This document shows, one piece after another, positions 38,986-52,837 of a stretch of 64,000 nucleotides of DNA. The stretch lies in assembly GCA_008632985.1 (NCBI GenBank), contig QPGO01000038.1, positions 459,939 through 523,938 of the forward strand, written 5' to 3'. The notes beneath the pieces are model-generated. The model worked only from the letters and a program-made list of their open reading frames with translations. It ran no database searches and was not told the origin of the DNA. The stretch is from Psammoneis japonica. Taxonomy: Eukaryota. Positions within the stretch are counted from its first letter, which is position 1. The number at the start of each line of letters is the position of its first letter. Both the position numbers and the translations under genes were made by a program.

Positions 38986-40365
38986 CTTTTTGGGCATTTT
39001 CATGCCTTTTTCTGGGCATTTTTACAACTCTTGCAAATTTTGGGGCCAAAGTGTCACATTGTTTCTGACCATTTGTTGAGTTGGTTGAAGTCAGTCAAAC
39101 CAAATGGTCTGCAGCCCATGAGCGGTTGAGCACTCTCATTTTTTAGAGCACGTTGACTTTCTCATGTGTGATTTGTCACACGCTGGCTTTTGCATTGCAC
39201 CCTTTGAGCGTTTTGTCACATGACGGCTTGTTCAGCACTTTTTTGCATGAAGGCAACAGCAAAGGAGATCATGTGTGCACCTCCTGTGTGCATGCTTTTC
39301 TTGCACAATGGGTTTTTTTGTTCAACCCTTCGAGCGTCACATCAACTGACGTCTCGCATCCAAGTGTCAGAGGGCGCAGTCTTTCTCACTGTGCATCATT
39401 CTTTGTGCAGCACTTTCGTCTGACACGCTGTTTGGCCTTTTTCTTTAGATGCAGTTGCTGGTGTCTTTGCCACAGCATGGTCATTCGTCATTCTCACATT
39501 CAAGTGTCAACAAATGATGTGTGCATGACGATGCTGCTCATGCACAGAATCAATTGCATCCAGCGCTGTGTGAGAAGCAGCTCCAGGCCATTTGCAGGCC
39601 TCGCGGAAATGTCATGTCCATTCTGCGTCCCAGAGACATGAAAAACATGCCACAGGCAGTGTCAAACGTCATTTTCTGTTGACTCTTTGTCTCAGGCCGT
39701 TTGGCATGTCCAAACTGCTGTTTTTGAGCAGTTTGCAGTGCTGCCTTCTTGGCAGTCATCGGTGTCAGCATCTTTCTCACTGGCGATGAATGAAATTTAG
39801 AACAAGATTCTCAAATCACTCACAAAACGTGACATCTGCGGTTTTCGTGTCAAGCGTGTTGAATCTTGGAGCTCTCTTCTTGCGCTGACATGCATGAGGT
39901 CTGCCATTCAATGAGGTCAATTTTCTCCTCGCTTGGCAGTGCATGCTGCACATCATCGCCATTGTCAATCGCTGAAAGTTCTAAAAAACACTCGCGCGCG
40001 AACAATCGCCATGTTTGATGATTTTTTTGCTCTCTGCTGTCCTCCCAAGGAAACAGTCACAGAGAGCAGGAAATTGACACTCTGTTGCATCCCACTCTTC
40101 TCTGCAGAACAGCTGAATGTCATGGCCAGCCAACACAGGAAACGAGAACAACCCAACCTGCCAAGTGTTGGGGGACATTTCGGTCAGAATAGCTCCGGCA
40201 TGATGGGGGAGTGGTTTTCTCCCCTAAGACATGCCATCTTGGGTGTCTGCATGTTGGGGGGTGCTGCATGTTGGGTGAGCTCAATTTCTGCTCCCCCAAC
40301 ATGCCACCCCACAGCCACGCCTCCTTTCCTGCCACGTCAGCACAATTTTTCTACTTGACAGTGTT

Positions 40366-43300
40366 TTGTCATCATTGTTCTTCTTGCCCCAAGTTCCTTG
40401 TGATGTCACCTCACAGTCACGGATGTCCACATCACCAATGACATGTCCTTCTCACATCATTGCCATTGCGCTCATGGTGGCCCGAGCAGCGAGCAGCCTC
40501 CATCCTTTTTGTCAACACACAGCACTCATCATTGGCTGTTGTCCAAAAGACATGTCCTTTCAATCTGTGGACCCTGTGTCACTCTCCCGTGGTTTGTGTG
40601 GCAGTTGTCCAACCAATTTGCTTGAATGCCCTCATTGCCGTCAAATGGCTCTTCAAATCTCATTTGACAAGTGCCCATGCAAGTGGGCGGTGACTCTCCA
40701 GTGCCCTCCCTGCAGCGCCTGCTGGGTTGTTTGCAAAGATTGTCCCTGATGCAAAGACCACATTCTCAGTTTTGCGGAAGCCAGCTGCCATGACACACAA
40801 ATCCACCAGCGCAAAAAACGCGCTGCTCCCTCTCCCTTGCCCCCGACCAATGATGCAGATTCTCATTCTATGGCCGTCCCTGACAATGATGTCATCACTT
40901 TTGCAGCAGATGATTCTGTCATGTCTGCAGACCTTTTCGGTGCAGACCTGCCTTTGACCAACATGCTGGAAGAAGCCGACCATTTTGCCGCCCCTCCAGC
41001 CATTTCCACAGATTTGGCCAATCCATCCTACGTTGAAAACACTGATTGGTTGCTCTCTGTTCAACGCACTTGTTCCGATCCTTTTTTTGCTGCCAACAAT
41101 TGGGCAGCAAAAAACGTCACCTGCTTGCCAAGAATTTGTTCAACAATGCACAATTTGCAGAAAAAGTGTCAGACGAGGACGCTGAGGTTCACTTGTTGCT
41201 GGGCAAGTTAATGTTGTCCCTGTCTGAGCCACAGCAGCACATGTTGTGGGACTTGTTCAGATGGTTGGAACCCACAATGCTGGTGGGGGAAAGAAACAAG
41301 AGTCTGGATCACTTTCGGTTTGTTCTGCCCACAACACCCACACATGTTTGCAACATGCATTTAGAAGGATCTCATTTGCTTGAGAAGACGGTGCCCTTGG
41401 TGCCAATGCAAACACTCGGCTCTGGCAAAAACACTCACTCCCATTGCAGTGTGATTGACTCAATGTGCAACTTTTTAGCGTTCGGAACTGGCCTGGAAAA
41501 TCTGTGTGTAGCCACTGACAAAAATGGTTTGTTTCAAGAAAATCAACCTGTTTTCCATGCAAGACAGTGTCGTCGGGTTAAGGAAATTTATGACACTTCC
41601 ATTTCAATTTGGAACAATGACCAACACACCGATTGTCCATTGCTTGTCACAGCCTTTGAAACATTTTCTGATGATTTTAACCCTGCCGTGAGCCTGATTG
41701 CTTCCAATGTCAATGGCACTTGGGCTCACCACATTGGGTTTCTTCGCCAACCACGTCGTGGACCTTTGTTCCCTGATGACTCAAGCATGACCGCAACCGA
41801 CATTGGTGAGTTCAACAACCGCTTTCTCATTGCGCTTGGGCCCAAAGGTGCAAATCATGACGTGGTTGTGTCTGAGGTTGAAAGGGAATGTCACCTTCTC
41901 CGATCTGGGCAGGTGCCACCCATGTTTGTTGGCAGCACTGGCAAATTAATGAAGCCCATCGCAGATGTTTGGTTGCGATCTGGAGACCAACCTGAAAAAC
42001 ACACCATTGCTGGAATGAAACTTGGCATAAAAACCAATCATGCATTGTTCGGCCATGTTTTGAACATCAAGAAAGTTGGTTGTCATCTTGCGTCTTGCAT
42101 CCACTGTCACAAACGCATTGAAGAAACCCTTGTCAATGGTTTCCAAACGATTGCAGACTTGACATGTCCATTTGGATTGTGCACCAACTGGTCTGTTGAT
42201 GCCTCCAATCCGTTGCTGCATGCCCCCCCTCCTGCCAACTTTCCACTCAGCAAACTCGGTGGTAAATCGGTTCTCCCTCCTTTCAAATGGACCTGCAAAT
42301 TTCTCCAAACTGCCGCAATTAAAACGCACACAAATGTCTGTCAGAACCAGTGGACCATGGCAGAAGGCGAAGCTTGTCTTGGTGATCATTGCAGTGTGAA
42401 CACACAAGTTGTTTCTGGTGTTTTGGAAAACACCAACAACTGCAATCTGTTGAAAGTTTTGCAAGATGAACCCGATCAAAATCCAGAATTGTTAGAAGTG
42501 CTTTTGCTTGATCGTGAACGTCATCCTGAGAAACGCCGCATGTGTCAAATGCCACCCATTTGGTTTAGCGGGACACCTCCTGACCAGTGGCAGGAGGCAC
42601 CAATGCATGGTCTCAGCAACACCGCAAAGGCCGTGATGCATTTGATGGAGAAAGGTTTGGCTTGCTGCTCACACGGGCGATGGGAACGGATTGTAGATTC
42701 CTTGCTGATGAGCCAGATGCGACACTGTTGTGAAACACTGAGACTTCCTTGGTTGAATGTGCATCCATTCACAAAGGACAGTTTTGCTGGATTTAAATGC
42801 AAAAATTGGATTGCGTTTGGACTTTTGTTTAAATTCTTTGCCAACTTAACACTTGAAACACCGGATGGCCCACCTGTGGTGTTTCCGCCTGCCAACAAAC
42901 AAGCAAGTTGGACCATGCCATTTGACAAGGCATGGCTGAAAATGCGTGGATTGCCAATGGATGGCAATGCCAAAGAACTCCGTGAACGTGTTGTGGATTA
43001 CATGGCCATGACAAACCCTCCAGGCATGTTGCCTTCCACTGCATTGCAGGTGTCTGACATTGTTAAAATGCTCAACTCTGCCTCAAACATGTGTGCACAC
43101 GCACTTTCTGGATTCAGTTCAGATGATTTGGAGTTGTGTCTCAGGCATTGCATCATGCGATTTCTCAATGACATGGATGCTTTAGATCTGCCAATGTGAA
43201 AAAACCGTGGCAAAGACGGCAAAGATCTGGCCCCAATCTGGCATGAAAGACACACTGTTCTTAGCATGTTGTCTTTTCCTGACGACATGCATGACAAAGG

Positions 43301-44786
43301 ACCGGTGCGAGCACGTTGGGAAGGGGAAGATGAAAAGGTGCTGAAGCAGACCAAAAGAGAGTTCCATTCATGCAGCAAAAATTTTGCTGCAAACATGCAC
43401 AGCAGGTTCAATGTCACTGCTGCAATGGACCGTGTGTCTTCAACTGGTGAGAAGAAGAAATCTGCCACATGCATCAAATGCCACCCATTTGGTTTAGCGG
43501 GACACCTCCTGACCAGTGGCAGGAGACACCAATGCATGGTCTTGGCAACACCGCAAAGGCCATGATGCATTTGATGGAGAAAGGTTTGGCTTGCTGCTCA
43601 CGCGGGCGATGGGAACGGACTGTAGATTCCTCGCTGATGAGCCAGACACGACACTGTTGTGAAACACTGAGACTTCCTTGGTTGAATGTGCGTCCATTCA
43701 CAAAGGACAGTTTTGCTGGATTTAAATGCAAAAATTGGATTGCGTTTGGACGTTTGTTTAAATTCTTTGCCAACTCAGTGCTTGAAACACCGGATGGCCC
43801 ACCTGTGGTGTTTCTGCCTGTTGACAAACAAGCAAAGTTGGACCATGCCATTCAACAAGGCATGGCTGAAAATGCGTGGATTGCCAATGGACGGCAATGC
43901 TGAAGAACTCCGTGAACGTGTTGCGGGTTACATGGCTGTGACAAACCCTCCAGGCATGTTGCCTTCTACTGCATTGCAGGTGTCGGACATTGTTAAAATG
44001 CTCAACTCTGCCTCAAACATGCATGTGCGCGCACTTTCTGGATTCAGTTCAGATGATTTGGAGTTGCATCTCAGGTTTTGCATCTTGCGATTTCTCAATG
44101 ACATGGACGCTTTAGATCTGCCAATGCAAAAAAACCGTGGCAAAGACGGCAAAGATCTGGCCCCAATCCAGCATGAAAGACACACTGTTCTTAGCATGTT
44201 GTCTTTTCCTGATGACATGCATGACAAAGGACTGGTGCAAGTGTGTTGGGAAGGGGAAGACAAAAAGGTGCTGAAGCAGACCAAAAGAGAGTTCTGTTCA
44301 TGCAGCAAAAATTTTGCTGCGAACATGCACAGCGGGTTCAATGTCACTGCTGCAATGGACCGTGTGTCTTCAACTGGTGAGAAGAAGAAATCTGTGGACT
44401 CTGATGCATTGTTGTTAGAGCATCGGATTAAAAAGGTGATGCCAGATCTGCATGTGTGCAAGACATGGCAGCATCTTCTTTCTCTTGTGGATGGAAAAGA
44501 TGACAAAGAACCAACAGTTCTTGCACAGTTAGAAGATGGCAAGACCGGAGCTGCAGTGGAACCCAACTGTCTGCTTCATGTCCAGCTGGAATGCAAGGAA
44601 ACATTTGGTTGCAAGGATCATTTGCTGCCACCATCACCAGTGAAGAGTTGTCCAACAGACGTTTCTTGCAACCGAATCAGATTAAAGCCATTTTGGTTGG
44701 CTTCTGCAGGAAAACACCGGATGGATCAAATTGTTGGGGATTCGTTGACTCAGAGCACAGAGACTTGTGCCAAGATTTGGTTCTAA
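40366..44786 (+). pseudogene. CMC/EnSpm- or Plavaka-like DDE transposase relic containing a tandem duplication
   Basis: FSDDFNP, IALGPKGANHDVV, GDQPE, CxxC, APMH and GPVRARWEG motifs in the expected order; family assignment from motif recall only. Confidence 0.6.
42535..44394. repeat. Tandem duplication, ~929-bp unit (42535-43463 and 43464-44394)
   Basis: The two copies align end to end and differ mainly by transitions and one indel. Confidence 0.95.
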
Positions 44787-44789
44787 GAC

Positions 44790-47700
44790 GGGTGACCAAG
44801 TGAAACAGCAATTGTCATGCCTGGCATGCATCACAAATGACATTTTGATCTCCCTTGCCTTGCGTTTGTTCAATCTTCTGCGGATCACCTTGGGCAAATC
44901 GAATTGGCACATCACCAAAATTTTCTTTGACAAATCATTGGTCACACGGACTGCTTCTTCCGGCCGGTTTCCTGAACACCAATTCCAGCAATCAAGACTT
45001 GTCACAGACATGGCATGTGTGTGATTGGAGTCAAAAATCCAACCATTGCACACAGTTGCACAGTGGTTGTTTGACAATCCACACAAGATCAGCTTCTTGC
45101 ACAACAAATCTTCCGTCGTGATGCTGGCATCTCTGGTGCAGTCAATCTTCCTGCCTTTGTAAAACTTCATTGGACCATCAACCGGAGGACACTCCTTCCT
45201 TGACAGACCTTTCATCAGAGAGACCGCAAACCACAACCGTCAGTCACCATGATTGGCTGATGTTGCAGAAGCCTCAATTTGACGGCTGACATGATGAGTC
45301 ATGCGCTCGTCTTGCAAGCAATGCAACGCACTAGCCAACAAAGAAAAAATGCACGTGTCGTTGTTGCCTTGTAAAAAGCAAACCTTGGGGCCAAAGGTCA
45401 GAAGCCAGTTTTCCTCTGGCTTCAACAACACCAATCCTTTGGGCATTTCATGAATCTCACCTGGCTTCAATGCCATCATGGCCTTGTGCACACTTGGGTG
45501 GCAACATTCAAAGTTGCACTTAGCCCACCAACCTGAGTGAAATTTTTGCTCATCACCCATGACGGTCCGTGCACGGAATTTTGGGTGCTTGTTGCCCGCA
45601 TCCTCTGTGCTGTCCACTGAGTCCTCCGCAAAATGCTCTTTTGCCTCATCCTGCCGCAGGGCTTGCACTTTCTAAATCTGGTCTGTTTCGATCTGCTGTT
45701 GGGCCCATCGTTGAATGATTTTCCTCAACTTCTTGCTGAGTTTCTGTGGCCTGTTAGGCTTCTCTTTTGCCTTTTTAACTAGACTCTGCAGCTTGTCCAT
45801 GTTGGCTGCTCCCTCATCATTGCTTTCTTTGAAACGGTCTTTGATCAGTGCTCTCCTGTTTTCTTGTTCTTCACACCAACCAAACAAATGAGGCACATCA
45901 TGTTCCAGCGAATCCCTGGGACGTTTGGGCGCATCTGCACTCCTGTCTTTGGGCACTGTCCATTCCACAAAGTGCAATTTGGACAAATTGATCACATTGT
46001 TGCACTCCACTTTGGCACAGCAACATGCATCCATGTCCTCTTTTGCAGACACTTTGCGTTCTGCAGGCCTGCACAACAAACCTTGAATGTCGTCTTTTCC
46101 CATTGACTTTTTCAAAAATTCTTCCTCCCTGTCCACAAAAGTCTCTTCCTCTGTGCCTCCACTTCTTGAAGAACGCTTGGCAGCATGAGCATGAGTTCTC
46201 CTGGCAAGGTTTTGACACTGAACATGATGGATCGCTCTTTGTTCTTGGTGCTGGTTTACACAGCAGGTGGATTTGCACCAACAAGCGACATGGTTCATCT
46301 CAGCAAGGAAGAACTTTTGTTGATTCAAACCTTGAAATTGATTTGAGAGATCACGGTCATCTTGAACCGCACTCAACAATGCGCTGTGCAGCTTGTGTGA
46401 CATTTTTTTCTTGCATTTTGGTGGGTGCATCTGTGTGACATGGTCGAACCATGTCATCATCAGCTCTTCGAACAACCATTTCCCCACGTGCGGAAGCTCT
46501 CCAGTGTCATCATCAGTTGTCCCCTTTTTTGCAAAGCACTTCGCATTGACACACATGTGGCAGCTGTCGAAAGAGAGTGTCACCTGGGCCTCTGGCTCAT
46601 CTGCGTCGATGCCGGCAGTGTCGTGAGTGTCCTCCAAATCAACACATGCTGCTGTGTCTTCCAGGTCAGCATCAGAGTCACTGCGCCACCGTTGGCAGCA
46701 ACCGTGGAGAAGCCTGCATCGTTCGCAGTTGTTGTCTGTGAGCTTCTTGCTGCATTTCCCGGCTGACTTGCTCACTGGGCCCGCTTCCACACCGGCGCGG
46801 AAATGCAGCATTTGTTCACACCACTCATCTTCGTCTCCCGCTGTTTGATGCGGTTGCACCTCCTCCTCGTTCAGAAAAAAATTAACTGTTCGCATCAAAA
46901 AGCGCAATGCCTCAATTTCCGCACGTGCTCTTGGATCATTTGATTTGACTGCATGGTTGCGACAACTTTTGTGAATGTGCTCACCAAGCGGAAAATCCCG
47001 GAACTTGGAGAACTCCATGTTGCTGACTGCAGCAGAGGGTTTTTTGTTACGCAGTCCATGTTCTGACAGATCAATTGCAAGTTGGCCGTACATTTCCTCC
47101 TCCTTCATGGTTTTCAGAGCCTCCTTGAACCATCAAGGATCATCCTCTTTCCAGACAGCGCTGTTGTTGAGAGTTTTCTTCATGCAGTTCTGGCAAACAT
47201 CCTCATCGTGGGGGAATGGCAACAAAAATAACTTCGACCGGGTCTGCACCCACTCGGTTGTTCTCAAGACTTTTCAGCAGTCATCTTCAATTTCTGCCAA
47301 TTCTTTCCAGTTCCACCATGCCTCTACGTCTGCATGGCGGGCCTCCTGGAGGAACCCATCCGTCACATCTTGGAAGCCCATTGTTTTTGAGCAGTGCTCG
47401 ACGAGATGCTCCTGGCAATGAAGCAATGCATCCCACTTGCTGCACACGTGAAAACAAAGGGATTGGGTGAGACCAAATAAAAATGGACAAACACCGCACT
47501 TTTTGGTCATGACATCGTCTCGCGGATGGTCGATGGTGCGCACAAAGTCAAACGCAACTCCAACATTTTGAAAGCAACGGCAAAGGAGCGCAGCCACCAC
47601 ACCGTTGGACATGTCGCAGTCAAGTTCCTTTGCTGATTTTTGCTCGCAAATAATTGGCATGTGTGAGTGTTTGTGCTGGACAGCCTGACGGATGACTGAG

Positions 47701-48080
47701 CGGTTTTCCTCTTCAAAAGAGCCAAGAAAGAATTCTGTCATGGCATCTTGAAACCCCTTTTTGTCTTTAAGGTTGTTTGCGCATTTGTTGCTGTGGTGAA
47801 TGATGTCAAACAAGAAGACACTGGAGCCTGGAGACCTTTTGAATGTGGCCATTTTCACCAAGCCGTTGGTGGCATGCTGGCCGTTTACCACCCTTGTCAA
47901 TGCAGAACAATGCCAAGGGTGAACGTTTGCACCCTTCCTTGCAAAGTGCACTTTGACACTCTCAATGAATTGCTTGATTCTAGCGGGGGTAGGATCAACA
48001 TTTTCATCCAACGGAGAAACTTGTTCAACAGCGGTCAGCAGTTGCTGCAGGTTGTTGAGGGACTTGTTCCCCTTCGACAT
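44790..48080 (-). pseudogene. Accessory gene relic with a GNAT-like segment and a C-terminal papain-like peptidase segment
   Basis: GVVAALLCRCFQNVGVAFDFVRT...KKCGVCPFL (GNAT-like). Q....TCIFSLLASALH ... HCATVCNGWIFDSN has the Cys-His-Asp order of papain-like folds. Confidence 0.45.
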
Positions 48081-48120
48081 GATTGATGATGAAGCAGTCT
48101 GAGCCGCCGACACACACAGT

Positions 48121-48674
48121 GCAACTTGTGTCCACGACAGAAAACAATGTCTCTGCACAGGTCGCCAACAGACACACAGCACCCAGCTCTCCTGTCAATC
48201 ACAACGAACGCACTCCAAGAAGGATGCACAGCCTGAGCACCAGTGAAGGAAGGGCAGCCACAACCTTCAAGGCAGTCACGGACGATGCATGACAACAATC
48301 AGAGTGGGTTTGTGTCAAGTTGTGCAGGCAGGCTCTCTAGAGACTTGCACCTGGGACGGAAAAATTTGTTGCAATGTTGGGAGGTGGCAAATTGTGTCCA
48401 CGACATGTTGCAAGGTAGCAACTTGCACCCACAACGGAAAGCAATGTCTCTGCACAGGTCGCCGCCAACAGTCACAGCACCCAGCTCTCCTGTTGATCAC
48501 AACGAGCGCACTCCAAGAAGGATGCACAGCCTGAGCACCAGTGAAGGAAGGGCAGCTGCAACCTTCAAGGCAGTTGCGGATGACACACAACAACAATCAG
48601 AGCGGGTTTGTTTCAAGTCGTGCGGGCAGGGCCCTGGGCTCTCTAGAGACTTGCACCCGGGACGGGAAAAAATT
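48121..48674. repeat. Two-copy ~300-bp-period direct repeat
   Basis: 48121-48368 aligns with 48418-48674 (both encode TAPSSPV.HNERTPRRMHSLSTSEGRAA). Confidence 0.9.
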
Positions 48675-49496
48675 GTGCATTGCGTGCACGCGCGGGTGAC
48701 TCTTCTGCTTCAACAGCATCCGCAGAATTCCTCTTGAATGGGAAATTCCAAAAAACGAACACCTGATTGCGCCTGTTTCCACAAAAAAAACAATGACATT
48801 GTTGCAGCGCCATTGAGCGGATCGACAACATGGACATGGCTGCACTCACACAAAGGCAGCAAAGTGCATTGTGCTTGCAATTGATGCCAAATCAAATGGA
48901 GATGAAGTTGTTGTCAACAGAAACAACAGATGGTGCCGGCATTGACAGAGAGATCAACTGCTGCAGTCGTTGTTGATTGTGTGCTGCTGGGTGGTTGACG
49001 CTTCGTGTTCTGTGGAGAGAGCACGCGCAGGCTGTTGCCGTAGAAACAGTGCCCAAATGCACGTGTGGCAAGCACCTGGGCGGTGTCAATGTAGATTTGC
49101 ACATCGCGGTGCATCATGCTGTGGCCCAGAGAACAAATGTTGTCACAATTAAGAGTTAACGGAACAGCAAGGGTGAATGTTGTCAATGTGCCAGTGTGTC
49201 AATTTGTGCATGTGTCTTCGTGAACAACATTCAGAAACGAGTGCGATTCTCTGGGAACAAAAAAAAGGGGCACAATTCGAAACAATCACACAGACCGAAG
49301 ACGGGCGATGGGATGTGTTTCAAAAAATTTAAACAGAATCGACCAGTTTTGAAATCCCACCCTTTAAACTAAAGAAATGGCAAATTGTCTGTGCCAAGTT
49401 GCAACCATCGGCAATTCAAAAAAATCATGTTTCGGCTGCAAACTCGCAAGAACCAAATTCACGACGTGACTTTCCCACACAATTTCATGGCACAAC

Positions 49497-52334
49497 TTGA
49501 ATGAGACGATGTTGGCATGGCTGGATTCAAAAGCGGCGTCCCATTGTCAGAGCGACAAGGGGCCAGGGACATTGCGTGCACAAGCACCATTGCCAAACAT
49601 TGAGCTAAAAGCAGGAACAGAAGGGCGGCACTGGATGGATGTGGATTTGGCAAAGGAGCCGCACGCCACCATGTTGTTTGGGAGACGAGACATCAGTTGT
49701 GAAAAGTGCACAGAGAAACATGCTAAGGCGCTCCTCCGTCAGCATTGCAGGGAACAGACAAAAAAGACAGAAGACAAGGATTGCATCAAAGAGTTGCAGA
49801 AGAGACACAATGAGTTCTTGAAGAAGATGAAGCATGATGCTTTAAGCAGAATTGAGGCGGTGTGCTTGGCGGTGAGCATGGGAATGGGGATGCGCGCCAG
49901 CAACTTGGCTCACTTTGCTTTTCGTGAGATGGCAAAGCACGTGGGAAACAACCAAAACTTCATGGGGTGGCTGCGAGCATTTCATGTCAACAAAGGCATT
50001 TGGGACTTGCAGAAAGGTTGGGCGTTAGACACAGAGCAAGCGTCTTGGAATGTTTTGGGGTGCGCATGCGCCAACGGGTTTAAACCAAGTGCTAGATTGC
50101 ATGGATGTGCCACAGTTGTTGTCACAAAGGAAAAGTCGAGGAAGCAGCAGGAATTGGAATTTAATGACGCGCTTGAGAATCATTGCAACGGGTGTTGTTT
50201 GTTGACGAAGGATGCAGTGAACCGATTGGAAGAAACCAAAAGTGGGTGCCGCAAGGAAGCGGTGTTTTGTCACAGAGTGATGGTGGTGCCAAGCAAAAAA
50301 ATCCATTGAGGCAATTGTGGTTGGAGGATGTGTTCCGTGTGCAGACGTGTGCCAAACTGTTGTCCATTTTGCTTTGATGCTCGTGTTTGACAGGATGCTA
50401 ACACAGACAATTCGAGTGTGTTTGTCATGCCCAAAGAGGCGCCAGTGCAAGATGATGGTGGTGTTGACCTGCGGAGGCACAAAATCACGTTGTTTGGTGC
50501 CAAAGTTGTTGTGCAGTTTGACATGGCCTTCCAGTTTGCGCACTCGAATCGTTTGGCATTTCAAAAACGAGGTGACGACACAGTTTTCAAGACAAGGAAC
50601 GACGGCTTGGAAGTGGCACCGTTGCCATTGGAAATTGGCCAGAAGGCGGCGCCTGCTGCAAGGAACAATTGGGAAGCAGAGCCATCGCCATTGGAAACTG
50701 GCGTGAAGGTGGCGCACGTTGGAACAGACGAGTTGCAATTGGATCGCTGGGAAATCAGCAACAAAGTCGCGGACAACAATGACACGGAGTCCGCAACCAG
50801 TGCATTGTCGAAAGCGGTGTTTGACGCATTCCACAATCACGCAGATTGGCCCTCCAGTGCGGACGCCAATGCAACCACAACAAGTTCAAGTGCAGAAGAA
50901 AGCCAAGAGACGTTTTGGCAAGAGATCCAAGAGAATGACAGCACAGCCACGGACTGGCTGTTGTGTCAAGGCAAGGAAAACACGGCTCCGACTGGCGTGG
51001 AATGGTGCCGTGGGGGATTGCAGGGCGCTTGTGCAGCAAACGCGAGAGGAAGTCACGAAAATGGCAAAGCAACATGGTGCACCAATGCTCATGCAACAGA
51101 TCAGAGGAATCCGCATGATGAAGTTTTGCAGGGCATGAGCTTGTACGCAGCAAGAATGCAGCAACGTGGTGATGAGGCTGAGTTGATGGAACAGCGTGAA
51201 AGAATCAAAAAGGTGAGTCAAGATGGGTGCGGCAACACATCAGCGGTTGGCACCGTGCCAACCTGTTTTTCATTGGAATGGCAGGCGGCAAAAAACAATC
51301 GCAGAGCACTGGGAGACAGAGCCAGAAAGGAGCGCAAAAACGGAAAGGTTGAAACAGACAAAATCAATCAGATTGTCTCGGCAAGGCAACTGGCACAGCA
51401 ACAGGCATCTGGTGTGCTGCCAAATTTAACCAGGGATTTGAACATGAGCACCAAGGGTGACAAAACAGGCATCAAGTGTTCTAAGTCTAAAGCAGCACCA
51501 TCAGCAAGAGCCCCATCAGCAAGGGCCCCCAAGGCCAAACCAAAGCCCCAATCCAAGCCGGTTGAACCCAAGTGCCTGGTCTGCAATGCGACTGTGTCAA
51601 ACGAGTTGAAGTGTCATTTGTGCGCTGCGTCCGCACATGCAACCTGTTTGTTGGCAGATGAGAGCAACAAAATGTTTTGTTGGGATTGCAGCAATGACTT
51701 GCAACAACTTGCAATTAAAAACAATTTGAAGTGCAATTGCCATGATCACAAAAGCCAGGATCATTTCTGTCTGTGTGAGAGTTGGTGGGAAGTTGTGGGT
51801 TTGGTGTGCAAGAAAGACGGGTGCAATTGCAAGTGGGAAAAGAATGACAAGAAAAAAGCGTGGTTGTGTGATGGAAAAAATCAGGGTTGTTGTGGAATGG
51901 TGCATTGTGCACAGGTGAATGTTTTGAGCAGGCTGTGCCCATGGAAGGGCGTGGTCGCAAGTCGAGGCGACGCAACTGAGGTCGATGCGGCAGCTTGTTT
52001 AGCCAGTGATGTGTGGCATGACAGTTGTCAGTTTGGGCAGTTCAACATTTCTGTCAAATGTCATGATGCTCCACAGTGCTCTTTGTTGTGGTTAAAATTG
52101 ATGAACAAAGAAGCCAATGCGCAATGGCTGGCTAGAGCCTGCTGTGTGGAAAAGGGGCATCGGCTTCTGTCATTGCCAGCATCGGGAAAAATCCCACCAT
52201 GCACGCATTCTAAAAAGAGCCGATGTTCAAAAGGTGGTGTGCTGCAATTGGTGATGCGGAGCAGTTGTTTTGACGGTCAAACATTAAAACGTCATGATGT
52301 CAGGATGATGTGGGAGAGGATGACGCAGTTGTGA
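49497..52334 (+). pseudogene. Accessory gene relic with a PHD finger
   Basis: CLVC-x9-CHLC-x4-H-x2-C-x10-CWDC (C4HC3 spacing) at ~51573-51690, after a Pro/Lys/Ala-rich linker. Confidence 0.55.
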
Positions 52335-52440
52335 CGATGCGAAGCACCTTGGAAGGTGTTCATGATGACATGGGCATGACATGGACAGGTGCACGTGGGG
52401 GGAGTGCATGTGGGGGGTCATGCGACATGCACTCCCTCCA

Positions 52441-52502
52441 CATGTGCGCAAACCCCCAACATGTGCGCAAACCCCCAACATGCGCGCAAACCCCCCAACA
52501 TG
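52441..52502. repeat. Three copies of a 19-20-bp unit catgtgcgcaaacccccaa
   Basis: Direct inspection; lies at the putative right subterminal region of the 12.4-kb element. Confidence 0.9.
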
Positions 52503-52837
52503 CTTTCATGGTGAAATCATGTGGAGCGCATGACAGGGGACACCCAACATGTCGATTTCACTCCCCCATCACGTCGTGCAACATGGGTTGATCTCGTTTC
52601 CTGTGAAACAAAACGGTGTTCTTGCACTCGCTGGGAGTGACGTCACTGTGCCCCATGCAAAAAATGGGGTCGAAGCACTCAGTTGCAAAGAGGTTGACAA
52701 TTCATGTGTTGCACAAATTGCAAGACCGTTTCATGCAGAGCACGTGCGTGTGTGACAGTGGGGCATGCAGAGCTTCAGTCCTTCCATGGAACCAATCATG
52801 CTCAGTGCTGCGTGCGCCCTGTGCATGCCCTTCACAC

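Larger units (their letters stand above)
40199..52573. mobile_element. Putative ~12.4-kb multigene TIR DNA transposon (CMC/Plavaka-like)
   Basis: tgatgggggagtg (40201-40213) and its reverse complement (52559-52571). Subterminal CATGTTGGG(G) motifs occur near both ends. Encloses a transposase and two accessory gene relics. Confidence 0.55.
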
